Source of the DNA: Sulfurimonas sp. UBA6014 | GTDB taxonomy: Bacteria; Campylobacterota; Campylobacteria; Campylobacterales; Sulfurimonadaceae | Assembly (NCBI GenBank): GCA_002428085.1 | Contig: DJAA01000034.1 | Span: forward strand, 18,984-81,255 | Reading direction: 5' to 3' | Length of the DNA: 62,272 bases | Shown: piece after piece, positions 40,598-50,007 of the stretch | Layout of the letters: each line of letters starts with the position of its first letter | Position numbering within the stretch: the first letter of the stretch is position 1 | Translations under genes and position numbers: made by a program | Notes under the pieces: model-generated | The model's input: the letters and a program-made list of their open reading frames with translations, nothing else | Databases searched by the model: none | Told to the model about the DNA's origin: nothing

Positions 40598-42330
40598 CCT
40601 TTTGCCACCCTTAATATTTCTTCTATGCTAGTTATGCCATCTAATGCTTTTTGAATCCCATTTTCATAGATTCCTATAAAACCTTCTTGCTTGGCTTGCG
40701 TTAGCATAACATCTTTTGATGCCCCTTTTGCGATAAGTGAAGATAAAGTTTCTGAAATATTGAGGACTTCACATATCATCTCTCTTCCCATATAACCACT
40801 ATCATTACACTCTTTACAACCTTTGCCTGTATAAAACTTCGCCCCTTTTGGTATAAAATCACCTAATTCTTGGAGTGTTGAAGGTGAGAGAATTTCTTCT
40901 ACTTTGCAGTGAATACAAATTTTTCTTACAAGTCTTTGTGCTTGAATCGCTACTAATGCACCACTAATCAAATAGTGTTGAATCCCCATGTCAGCCATAC
41001 GAGGAATAGAGCTAATTGCGTCATTTGTGTGTAATGTTGAGATAACTAAGTGACCAGTAAGTGCTGCTTTTATAGCAATTTCAAGTGTCTCTTGGTCGCG
41101 AATCTCTCCAATCATAATTTTATCAGGATCTTGTCTTAAGATAGAACGCAGAGCACTAGCAAAACTAAGCCCAACTTTGGCGTTGACTTGAACTTGTTGA
41201 ATGAGGTTCATTCTATATTCAACAGGATCTTCAACTGTAATGACTTTATCTTCGACATTTCTTAGCTCATTGAGTGCACCATAAAGAGTTGTTGTTTTAC
41301 CACTACCTGTAGGACCTGTAACAAGTATGATGCCAAACGGGGCAGCTAATCCTTTTAAAAGCTTATTGTAACTTAGAGCATCCATTCCGGCATCTTCTAG
41401 TTTAACAAGTGCTTTTTGTTTGTCAAGAACACGCATAACGATTGATTCTCCATAAAGAATCGGAAGTGTTGATATCCTAAAGTCATATTCTACAGCACCA
41501 ACTGCAGTTGAAAAACGTCCATCTTGAGGTTTTCTTTTCTCTGCGATATCGAGATTTGCCAAGAGTTTTAGCCGTGAGGCAAGAGGAGGATAAATATCTT
41601 TTTCAAAAATAAACATCTCTGTTAATTTACCATCTACACGACCGCGAACAACACAATTTTTTTCTGTTGGTTCGATATGAATATCGCTTGCACGATTTTT
41701 AATACAAGTTTTTAAAACTACATCAATTAAAAGTAAAATGGAAGAGGCTTCTTGTTGCTCTTCTATCGAATTAATTGAGTTTAATTCGTCTCGAATATTA
41801 GCAACCAATCCTTTTACGCTACTTTTTAACTCAACTTTAAAGAGGTATGACTGGATTTGTTTTTTTGTTGAAACAGCAATTTTGAGTATTTTTCTAGAAA
41901 ATAGTCTTTGAATCGCTTCTTGCGCATTAATATTTAATGGGTCACTAAATGATACAGTCACGCTCATGTCATCTTCGTAAATAGGGAGTGCATTGTGTTT
42001 TTTAAGTTGTGCGAGTGGAACTTTTTCGGTTAATTTATAATCCATATCTACAGAATCTAAATCAATAAAAGGTATTCCTTCTTCTTCGGCTAATTTTTGC
42101 AGGACAACTTGTTCGCTGATGTAATCATAATTATCAATAATGGAGAGTTCATAAACACCATTTCTAACTTGTTGCACTATGAAACGTACAAGTCTGTCCA
42201 TAGTCATAAATCCAGACAAAGTTATGTCTCTTAGAATTAAATCAGGGCTTATGTTTTGCGCTAAAAGTCTATCGACTTGCCTTTGCATAATCGAGCCATT
42301 TGCAAGCAAATCCTGCGTTATCCTATCCAC
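40594..42330 (-). CDS. GspE/PilB-family secretion ATPase (MshE/CtsE-like)
   Basis: Walker A GPTGSGKTTTLY, Walker B KIMIGEIRD, His box GHLVISTLHTND, and tetracysteine CIHC...CKEC. Confidence 0.93.
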   Translation of the reverse strand: MDRITQDLLANGSIMQRQVDRLLAQNISPDLILRDITLSGFMTMDRLVRFIVQQVRNGVYELSIIDNYDYISEQVVLQKLAEEEGIPFIDLDSVDMDYKLTEKVPLAQLKKHNALPIYEDDMSVTVSFSDPLNINAQEAIQRLFSRKILKIAVSTKKQIQSYLFKVELKSSVKGLVANIRDELNSINSIEEQQEASSILLLIDVVLKTCIKNRASDIHIEPTEKNCVVRGRVDGKLTEMFIFEKDIYPPLASRLKLLANLDIAEKRKPQDGRFSTAVGAVEYDFRISTLPILYGESIVMRVLDKQKALVKLEDAGMDALSYNKLLKGLAAPFGIILVTGPTGSGKTTTLYGALNELRNVEDKVITVEDPVEYRMNLIQQVQVNAKVGLSFASALRSILRQDPDKIMIGEIRDQETLEIAIKAALTGHLVISTLHTNDAISSIPRMADMGIQHYLISGALVAIQAQRLVRKICIHCKVEEILSPSTLQELGDFIPKGAKFYTGKGCKECNDSGYMGREMICEVLNISETLSSLIAKGASKDVMLTQAKQEGFIGIYENGIQKALDGITSIEEILRVAKG

Positions 42331-42339
42331 AATAAGCCC

Positions 42340-42882
42340 CTACCAATAGATATGCTGTTTTACAATCATTGTATCATAAAACTCTTCAATAACGATTTTA
42401 CTAAGTTTTTCATCTTTGTTTAAATAGAGTTTGTATGTGAGCTTTTTATTATTTTTATCTTCAAAAAGATAAAATGCTCTTGGTGCGTGCTCTCCAAGAT
42501 TTGTGTATAAATCAAAAACTTTTGAGAGAACGTAGTCCGTAGTAGGTAGTTCGAGTACGGAGAGATTATAATTATCAACAAGAGCATGGTATAAAAGTTT
42601 TTTTTGCATCAAGATAACTGAAAAATAGGCAGAATTTGCGCGAGCTTCTGGAGTAAATTTTAGTAAAGCTATCGGAATTGCCAGTCGGTCTATATAGTCA
42701 GAATTCAAGCAAGAAAAAGCATATAAAGAGACAAATTCTTCATCTTGTTTAAAATTATTGAAATTATTGAAACCTATGCTACATACGTTTTCATATTTTT
42801 GGTTTTGATACAGATTAAACATATCTTGCTTCACATCTCCATACAAATAGAGTGATATGAAAATTGCAATAATTATTTTCAT
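42340..42882 (-). CDS. Hypothetical secreted protein within the secretion-machine operon
   Basis: 180 aa with an N-terminal signal-like segment MKIIIAIFISLYLYG. No recognisable motif. Confidence 0.5.
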   Translation of the reverse strand: MKIIIAIFISLYLYGDVKQDMFNLYQNQKYENVCSIGFNNFNNFKQDEEFVSLYAFSCLNSDYIDRLAIPIALLKFTPEARANSAYFSVILMQKKLLYHALVDNYNLSVLELPTTDYVLSKVFDLYTNLGEHAPRAFYLFEDKNNKKLTYKLYLNKDEKLSKIVIEEFYDTMIVKQHIYW

Positions 42883-43739
42883 TTGAATTTCCCTGAGGTG
42901 ATTTCATCTAATAATATTTTTGCTTGATTAGAGTGAGAATGTTCGATGTATTGTTTAAGTGTTTTAATCGCCATATCTTTTTTATCTAACTTTACTAGTG
43001 ATTTAGTGAAAATTATCCAACTAGCCTCAATATTATTGTTGAGCTGATTTGTGATAAGAGAGTAATTGTAAGACTGAGAGTATTGCCCAAGTTCATAATA
43101 TTTTTTAGCGATAAAAAGACTTAAAGTTGGGTTGTTATTTTTTTTAAATCTTTGTATAACATGTTCAATGTCTTCTTGTGTGTTTTGCCGTGAAATATTT
43201 ATAGAATCATCTTTTTTCTTCTCTTGAATTGGTTCTAACGGTCGAACTTCCTCGATGGCTTCAATCGATGGATTATTTTCTTGTAAAAAAACTTTATTTT
43301 TTCCATTTTTAGGTTCATTGGTTTGAAGATTCTCTTTTTCCTGTACTATGTAAATTTGAGGTGGTGTATTGCCTTGCATATTTTTCATGAAGTTTAAAGA
43401 AGGAGTTAACACGATTTGTTCTTTTTTTAAATTATTTACACCGATTGGCGTTATTTCTTCAATTGCGAGCGCTTCTTTTTTTATATCTTTTTGTGAAGCA
43501 ATATTTGTCAGAGTTCTATTTTCATCTTTTGGCACTGCTGTTTCATGGGGAGTTTTCTCTGGGGCAGCTATTGGTTTTACTGGAGCCGTCTGAGTAATTT
43601 TTGAAGTGTTCAAAGAGGTAAAAGCAATCAATAGTATGACTCCAATAGCAATTATGCTTATAGTTATAATTACGATAGGGAGATATGACTTTATTTTATA
43701 TTTAAGCCATTTTCTTTCTAATTCATAGATATTAGTCAT
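42879..43739 (-). CDS. Membrane-anchored protein with TPR-like C-terminus (MshN/CtsX-position)
   Basis: TM segment LPIVIITISIIAIGVILLIAF, a low-complexity periplasmic linker, and TPR-like FIAKKYYELGQYSQSYNY... I place the start at MTNIYE (ATG 43739), which overlaps the upstream stop as ATGACTAA. Confidence 0.6.
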   Translation of the reverse strand: MTNIYELERKWLKYKIKSYLPIVIITISIIAIGVILLIAFTSLNTSKITQTAPVKPIAAPEKTPHETAVPKDENRTLTNIASQKDIKKEALAIEEITPIGVNNLKKEQIVLTPSLNFMKNMQGNTPPQIYIVQEKENLQTNEPKNGKNKVFLQENNPSIEAIEEVRPLEPIQEKKKDDSINISRQNTQEDIEHVIQRFKKNNNPTLSLFIAKKYYELGQYSQSYNYSLITNQLNNNIEASWIIFTKSLVKLDKKDMAIKTLKQYIEHSHSNQAKILLDEITSGKFK

Positions 43740-44538
43740 GTATAAGACCTGTTTGTAGAGCAGACATCTCAATGAGCTTGTGAGAGAGATAATTTTTATT
43801 TATTTTTAAAGGATTGTTGATTTCATACCACATGTATAAATCAAATAAAGTGTATACAAGTTTGTTTGTATCTCTATAATTTCCTTTAGTAAGTTTATGT
43901 ATCAAATCAACTGAACTATTTTGAAACATATTGGCTGTGTCAAAGCAGTTGGCTTTCATAAGTTTTTTTTGTATATATATCTTCAATTCGGCACTTGATG
44001 TGTTTTCTAGTTCTATACTTTCCCAAATTCTAGTTTGAAAATGTTCCTTTGCTATAAGGTCCTCTTTTTCTGTTTTATGTAAGGTAATAACAAATTTGAC
44101 TTTTCTTGTGTCGGAGAGCAATCTTATTTTTTCCATAAGAGCCGAAGAGTAAAGTTGCGCTTCATCTAAGAGAACGAGCGGTATCTCATGCATTGGATTT
44201 TCGTTAATAATTTTCATAAATTGTGTAAAATTTAATTCACCGTTATATTTGACTTGCAATAAGTCTTGCGCAAGAGTTTTAAAAAATTCACTCTCATCAA
44301 GAATAGGGGTGCTGTAGAGATGTATAGTTTGCATAGCGCTGAGGTCATGATAGAGTTTTGTTAAAAACATACTTTTGCCAGTTCCAGGTTTTCCATACAG
44401 AAGTATCATCTTCAGAGGCTTCTTCACAGAATCTTTTAGGGATTGATAGATTGTAGAGACTCTCTCAAGTTGTATATAATCTTTAGCACTTACAGTATCT
44501 AAAAAAACATCTTTAGAGTTTTGAAAGATACTATTCAT
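43732..44538 (-). CDS. AAA ATPase of the ExeA/MshM type (CtsP-like)
   Basis: Walker A LYGKPGTGKS and Walker B PLVLLDEAQ. I place the start at MNSIFQ, 1 nt after the secretin stop; the track ORF extends 12 codons upstream. Confidence 0.8.
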   Translation of the reverse strand: MNSIFQNSKDVFLDTVSAKDYIQLERVSTIYQSLKDSVKKPLKMILLYGKPGTGKSMFLTKLYHDLSAMQTIHLYSTPILDESEFFKTLAQDLLQVKYNGELNFTQFMKIINENPMHEIPLVLLDEAQLYSSALMEKIRLLSDTRKVKFVITLHKTEKEDLIAKEHFQTRIWESIELENTSSAELKIYIQKKLMKANCFDTANMFQNSSVDLIHKLTKGNYRDTNKLVYTLFDLYMWYEINNPLKINKNYLSHKLIEMSALQTGLIHD

Positions 44539-44539
44539 A

Positions 44540-46072
44540 CTACTCTTTCTCTTCTGAGGTGTTATTGTCATCAAGAAGTTGTGCGGTAATTCCTTTATAG
44601 CCTAAATCTGTAAGCGATAATTCGCTGTTTTCTTTGCTAATGATGTGCGGCTCAATAATAATAACAAGCTCTTGAACTTGTTTAACATTATTTTCATATT
44701 TGAAAAAATAGCTAAGACCTGGAATATCTCCTAAAATAGGCACTTTATTCATTTGTTGTGTATTGCTTGTGTTAATAAGACCGCCCAGTATAATTCTGTT
44801 TCCATCTTTAACAGTCACTACAGAAGAGAGCTGACGACGATTTAAATCTGGTGGCATAACTCTGCCTGAAGATGACCCTGACATTATCTCTCTTGTTTCA
44901 GAAAGAGACGGATTAATTTTTAATGTGATTGTTTTATCGTCGGCTATTTCAGGGGTGATGTCAAGAAGAACACCAGCAAATACAGATTTTACTTCATCAT
45001 TTTGAGTTGTAGCCGCAACACCTCCACCTGTTCCTTGTTGATTTGTTGATTGTTGAATTTTGTAAAAATATTCAGTTCCTGCAGTGATTAAAGCGGGTTG
45101 ATTATTGAGTGTTAAAACTTTAGGGTTAGAGATGGCACTCACATCCCCTTGCGTTTGTAAAAATTTTATCACCTCTTTTAAAGTTCCCCCAGCTTTTAAT
45201 GTAACAAAACCTGTAGGGTCGTAAGAAGTACCCGCTTCGTCTGTTTTTGTCCCCTCACCATAATTAGCTTCTACAGTGATATCTTGAAGTGCGTACAATT
45301 GTTGCCAATCTATCCCTGTTGTTTTACCCTTTGCCATATTCACAGAGAGGAGTTGTACGTCTATTAATACCTGCAATTGTACTTTTTTTTGAAGTTTTTC
45401 TAAATAACTCTCAAGTCTAGCCATCTGCTTTGAGGTTGCAGTTACGGTGATAAGTCCAGCATTTTTATTTATAATCGGTGCATCTGCGACGTAAGCATCG
45501 TTAGGTCTATTTAAAACACTACGAAGTTCAAGGTCTAAATCCAGCCAAAATTTAACTTCATCACTAGACTCTATCTTAATTCCTGATTCAGCACTTGATG
45601 TCCCACCTTCAGTGCCAGAAGTAGAGGTGGCTGTGCTTGTTGTCGTTCCTGTTCCTGTTTGAGAGGCCGATGAAGAGCTTAAAGTAATATCGGTGCTTCC
45701 AGTTCCTTTTCTTTGGGAAAGAATATAATCTATACTAAAAACTTTGGTGCTGAGATATGAGAGCTGAAGTATATTGTTTTCTAATTTATAAGAGAGATTA
45801 TTTTCTTTTAAAATTACATCTAACACTTCATCAATCGTTAGATTTTTTAAATGTGTTTTATTGAGTTTTTTTTGTAAATAGGTCTCCGCATGTGGATCAG
45901 TAACAATAATACTAAATTCACATTCATCGCTCAGTTGCTCAATAAAATCAATAACTTTTGTATCTTTCGTTGAACTGATACTAAAAAGTTCGTAAGAACA
46001 ATCAGTACTAGCACTAGTTGAGAGAAGAGTCACCAAGAGTATTGTGTATATTGAAGAGTGTATTGATTTCAT
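44540..46072 (-). CDS. Secretin (MshL/CtsD/GspD family) with Thr/Ser/Gly-rich linker
   Basis: Signal peptide. Secretin C-domain (VLLDITPEI..., VTVKDGNRIILGGLI, NKVPILGDIPGLSYFFK). Linker SSSSASQTGTGTTTSTATSTSGTEGGTSS. Confidence 0.9.
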   Translation of the reverse strand: MKSIHSSIYTILLVTLLSTSASTDCSYELFSISSTKDTKVIDFIEQLSDECEFSIIVTDPHAETYLQKKLNKTHLKNLTIDEVLDVILKENNLSYKLENNILQLSYLSTKVFSIDYILSQRKGTGSTDITLSSSSASQTGTGTTTSTATSTSGTEGGTSSAESGIKIESSDEVKFWLDLDLELRSVLNRPNDAYVADAPIINKNAGLITVTATSKQMARLESYLEKLQKKVQLQVLIDVQLLSVNMAKGKTTGIDWQQLYALQDITVEANYGEGTKTDEAGTSYDPTGFVTLKAGGTLKEVIKFLQTQGDVSAISNPKVLTLNNQPALITAGTEYFYKIQQSTNQQGTGGGVAATTQNDEVKSVFAGVLLDITPEIADDKTITLKINPSLSETREIMSGSSSGRVMPPDLNRRQLSSVVTVKDGNRIILGGLINTSNTQQMNKVPILGDIPGLSYFFKYENNVKQVQELVIIIEPHIISKENSELSLTDLGYKGITAQLLDDNNTSEEKE

Positions 46073-46081
46073 TATTCTGTC

Positions 46082-46549
46082 CTACTTATTTTTAAATTTA
46101 AGATTTCGATTTGTACTATTAGTTGAGAGCACCAATTTTTTATTATTTTGTGTCAAAACGACCGAATCATGAGTTACTTCAAGGATTGTATATCCATGAA
46201 CAATCCCATTTGTTTTATACCAAATGCCATCAATTAAAGCAGACTTGTTCATGATAGCATCAACGGATAGCTTTTTTTGTGGTATTTTTGGAGTATTTTT
46301 TTGTAAAGAATCTACTTTGAGCGTTGAAGATTTTTGGCTACTCGATACGACTGGCTTAGAAGCATCTACTTTTGCACTCTCTGCTTTTAAAAAAATAAAT
46401 GGACTCTTTACATCGGATGCATCAGCATCTGAAAGCCCAATTCTCGCAGGTTTAATTGCTTCTATTTGTTCATTTACCCAGTCAAGTTCATTTGAGTGAA
46501 GCATAACGCTGAGTAAACATAAAAAACTCACTATGATGGTATTTTTCAT
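46082..46549 (-). CDS. Small periplasmic protein, MshK/PilP-like
   Basis: Signal peptide MKNTIIVSFLCLLSVMLHS. C-terminal LIDGIWYKTNGIVHGYTILEVTHDSVVL pattern is typical of PilP/MshK-type secretin partners. The start overlaps the upstream stop (TAATG). Confidence 0.5.
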   Translation of the reverse strand: MKNTIIVSFLCLLSVMLHSNELDWVNEQIEAIKPARIGLSDADASDVKSPFIFLKAESAKVDASKPVVSSSQKSSTLKVDSLQKNTPKIPQKKLSVDAIMNKSALIDGIWYKTNGIVHGYTILEVTHDSVVLTQNNKKLVLSTNSTNRNLKFKNK

Positions 46550-47181
46550 TAGTATGTAATCCCCCAAACTGAGATGTTAAGGTCGGTGTTGAGTGTATCA
46601 TTTGCATCTATTTTTAAACCATGAATATCTACAACCAGTTCACTTTGTTCAAGTGAGTTTATAAACATAAGTGTGTCTTCATATTTTCCAGATGTTTGAA
46701 GGGTGATATCTAGTATATGACCAAAGGAGGAGTTATTAAAAGCATACTTATTGATAAAATGGATGATTTTAATATTATAATTTTTAGCATTTATAGAAAC
46801 TGAGTGTAAATATTCACCCCATGACCTCTCATCATATATAAGGGAAGATATTGTTTCTATTTGCGCTTTTATATACTCATTGTTTTCTTTGTGCATGATG
46901 GCTTCAGCTCTTGCTTTTTTGATATCATTTTCTAAGAGTGTGATTTTTGTTTCTGGATTGTATTGTAAAAATGTTCTGTCTTCTTTTATCTTAGATTCCA
47001 GAGCTGTTATTTTTAAATTTTGCTCTTGAAAATCATTTGCTGAGCTATCCCAAAAGAACAGATATGAAAAAGCAAAAAGTGCACTAAAAATCATGATATA
47101 CGTCATATATAAATCTTTTTGACTTTTTTCTTTAAAAGCTAAATCTATTTTTTGTAAGTAATCTTCAATGATAATTTTCAT
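46549..47181 (-). CDS. Bitopic membrane protein, MshJ/PilO-like
   Basis: 210 aa with one TM segment (YMTYIMIFSALFAFSYLFFW), a coiled coil, then an alpha/beta domain. Gene order matches MshJ. Confidence 0.5.
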   Translation of the reverse strand: MKIIIEDYLQKIDLAFKEKSQKDLYMTYIMIFSALFAFSYLFFWDSSANDFQEQNLKITALESKIKEDRTFLQYNPETKITLLENDIKKARAEAIMHKENNEYIKAQIETISSLIYDERSWGEYLHSVSINAKNYNIKIIHFINKYAFNNSSFGHILDITLQTSGKYEDTLMFINSLEQSELVVDIHGLKIDANDTLNTDLNISVWGITY

Positions 47182-48713
47182 AATATTTTTACCTTTAGCT
47201 CGGAGAAGTATTTTTTATTCTCTTTGTTATATGAAATATCTTCCAAGAAAAAATTGAATTTATTTTCGTATACTTTTGTTAAATATTCTATCAATTGAGT
47301 TATTTGTTTATCACTTGAGGAGACTAAGTCAAGGGTGAAATTTTTTGTCTCATTAGCTTCACTATAAGACCAAGTTTCAACTTTTACATCGTAATAATTT
47401 AAATCTTTTGTTAACTGTGCCAATAATTTGGATTTCATTGGATAATTAACTTTAACATCATGAATTTTGATAAGTGTTGCTTTTTTTTCGTTGTATTCTT
47501 TCTCTTCTTTTGTGAGAAGCGCTACAGCTTTCGCTTTATCGGCTTCTCTGTTATTTATCGTGGCTTCTCTTGTAGTTTTTATAAGGTGAAGTTCTCTGTA
47601 CTCCTTATCCAATAAATCATGCTGGAGTGTTTGAGCGTATGTCAATACCCAATACGTTACAGGATACATAAAAGCAAGAAGAAGTGAAGCGGCAACAACC
47701 ATGATGATTTTGCCACTGACTCTTTGTTGAAATTTAGGAGGACGTGGATAGGATGTAAAATTACACTCATATTTTTCTTCCTCAGGCAAGGCTGTATAAG
47801 TATGCATAAGTGCATGTATTTGGTCTATATACGTCCCTTCACTCTCAAAACCATAATCAAACTCAAAATTACTGCTTTTTATCCCTAGTTCAGCTTCCGC
47901 CATTTCGTCTAGTTTGCTTAGGGTGTATATTTGTGAACCAATATATAAATGCTCAGTTTTATCTATTTCAAAGGCTCTTTTGACAAAAGTGACAATATCA
48001 TTTATGTTTGCAAAAATTTCTTTATAGAGCTTTATCAAGTGTTCTTTAAAGTCGCTTGTCGTCTCTCTGAGATTGTGATTTGCTAAAAAGTCAATAAACT
48101 CTTCGTACTCTACTCTTTCACCATAAAGCTCACAAAATCTCTCGTGCATCTGAATAAAAGAGTATTTAAGCGATTTTGTATAAACAAACTCTTTATCATA
48201 ATAGAATGTTATAAAGGCATCATTTTGTTGAAAATAGACAAAGCAGTGAGCACCACTATTTTGTATAATTTCTTTTACATAGAGTGATTTTAGAAGGAGG
48301 GGAACGGGGATGATAAGGTCAATATATTTGATTTTTTGTACAGTTTCTTCAAAAATTTCTGCGATATTAATCGGATCTACTATAAAAACTTGAAAATGTC
48401 TATTTTCTGCATCAAGGGAGTTAAAAGTTTCTATAAACTGAACTTGATACGTTATTGCCTGGTCTAACCCTAATTCATCGTATACTTTGCTATTGATAGC
48501 ATCGTACAAATCCTCTTCAGGTATATTTTTAGTTATTTCAATTCGGCTTGTAATAAATCCATTTGTATTTAAATAAGAGATGACAAATTGATTTTTTGCG
48601 TATTGAGGTGAAGTCGTTTCCGTTAAAAAACTAGAAATTCCACTAAAATAAGTCTTTGCATACGGATTTATTGAAATAACACTTGAAAAAGAGTGCTGGT
48701 TTGTTTTATTCAT
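47178..48713 (-). CDS. PilM/PilN-fusion-like assembly protein (MshI-like)
   Basis: 511 aa with a cytoplasmic ~330-aa domain, a TM segment (IIMVVAASLLLAFMYPVTYWVL) and a periplasmic coiled coil. First gene of the machine block. Confidence 0.5.
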   Translation of the reverse strand: MNKTNQHSFSSVISINPYAKTYFSGISSFLTETTSPQYAKNQFVISYLNTNGFITSRIEITKNIPEEDLYDAINSKVYDELGLDQAITYQVQFIETFNSLDAENRHFQVFIVDPINIAEIFEETVQKIKYIDLIIPVPLLLKSLYVKEIIQNSGAHCFVYFQQNDAFITFYYDKEFVYTKSLKYSFIQMHERFCELYGERVEYEEFIDFLANHNLRETTSDFKEHLIKLYKEIFANINDIVTFVKRAFEIDKTEHLYIGSQIYTLSKLDEMAEAELGIKSSNFEFDYGFESEGTYIDQIHALMHTYTALPEEEKYECNFTSYPRPPKFQQRVSGKIIMVVAASLLLAFMYPVTYWVLTYAQTLQHDLLDKEYRELHLIKTTREATINNREADKAKAVALLTKEEKEYNEKKATLIKIHDVKVNYPMKSKLLAQLTKDLNYYDVKVETWSYSEANETKNFTLDLVSSSDKQITQLIEYLTKVYENKFNFFLEDISYNKENKKYFSELKVKIL

Positions 48714-48716
48714 GAG

Positions 48717-50006
48717 TTACAACCTATTGAAATGAACCATTGCCATAGAACAAAATTCATCATTTTTATAAAATTCTACTCTATAAATAGCATTTGCCTC
48801 ATCTACAGAAAATTTCTCATCAAGTTGATTACGAGTTACTCGCAATCCACTTTCATCTTTTGCTGTAGACTTAAGACCAATAATATTCACACGAAAATCC
48901 CTATTCTCTGATATCACAAAATCGTCATTTACAAAAAAATCTGAAGTCATATCAAGAGAAGTTATTTTTCCATCAATTGTAGCATCAAACTTTTTAGGGC
49001 AACCTTGCACATTTTTAAAATATTGAGGAGATAATTTTGTTATGCGTTTATTCCCAATATAAACTATATATGCATCGTCTTCTTTTCTCATACTCCCAAG
49101 GGGATGAGAAAATTTAAACACATTATTCACTGATTTTATCGGAATGTAACTTAAAGATTTTTTTATCCCATTTAAATTGAGTGAAATATTTCCATTAATC
49201 TGCAAATCGCCATAGTTTTCAATGACATTTTCTAATGTATCTATGGTTAATTCAAAATCTCTTTTGAATGATATTTGCATTATATTCATAAATTCTTCAA
49301 TCGCAAGAAGTTGATAAAAAACTTTTTCAGATAAAGAGGAGAGATTTTTGCTGCTCTCTATAGCAAAGGCAGGTTTATTGTTCGTCACCGCATAATAAGT
49401 CAGTGAAAGTTGCATTGTCTCATCTTCAAACTGTGTTTTTGTATTTTTAACATTAAAATTATGGTGCTCTTGAAGAAGCTTTTTATTGAGATTATCTTTC
49501 ACCTTTAAAGCTATATCATTAAGATTTCCAAATAGTTGATTTTGATTGAGTTCGTATTGGTCAATCACACAAGTTTGTCCCCAAGCGTTGGGATTAAATA
49601 TTTTGCCATTGTTTTCTACTCTGTAAAAACCATGCCCATCGTGCAAATTTAATACCAGAGATACATTTTTTGCAGTGATGATTTTTTTGATCTCTTGGAT
49701 TGTTTGTGTATCTTTATCATTTTTTTCAATTATAGAAAATTTTCTGTTCATGTCGCCATTGACACCTCTTTCATCTGCTTGAATGCTCTGTTGATTGAGG
49801 TTTGGAACTATCCATATATTTTTGGAGGTGATATTGTAGTGAGATGCGAGTATGGATGCAGCAAAATAACCACCAGGCTCATCCCCATGTATCCCCCCAA
49901 TAACTAAAAGAGTTGTATTGGAGTCAGGATTTTCTTTTTTGATGAGTTGAATGTCACCACCATATATGAGAGACAAATACAAGAAAAAAAATACAAGCAA
50001 TTTCAT
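48717..50006 (-). CDS. M14-family zinc carboxypeptidase, Csd4/Pgp1-like peptidoglycan peptidase
   Basis: Signal peptide. Zinc-site motifs VIGGIHGDEPGG and LNLHDGHGF. The ~430-aa three-domain size is like H. pylori Csd4. Confidence 0.7.
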   Translation of the reverse strand: MKLLVFFFLYLSLIYGGDIQLIKKENPDSNTTLLVIGGIHGDEPGGYFAASILASHYNITSKNIWIVPNLNQQSIQADERGVNGDMNRKFSIIEKNDKDTQTIQEIKKIITAKNVSLVLNLHDGHGFYRVENNGKIFNPNAWGQTCVIDQYELNQNQLFGNLNDIALKVKDNLNKKLLQEHHNFNVKNTKTQFEDETMQLSLTYYAVTNNKPAFAIESSKNLSSLSEKVFYQLLAIEEFMNIMQISFKRDFELTIDTLENVIENYGDLQINGNISLNLNGIKKSLSYIPIKSVNNVFKFSHPLGSMRKEDDAYIVYIGNKRITKLSPQYFKNVQGCPKKFDATIDGKITSLDMTSDFFVNDDFVISENRDFRVNIIGLKSTAKDESGLRVTRNQLDEKFSVDEANAIYRVEFYKNDEFCSMAMVHFNRL

Positions 50007-50007
50007 T

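Noticed and set aside
45645-45659. Short tandem GTTCCT repeat (about 2.5 copies) in the secretin Thr/Gly-rich linker.
   Set aside because: It has too few copies to be a meaningful microsatellite. It simply reflects the repetitive TGTGT coding of the low-complexity linker.
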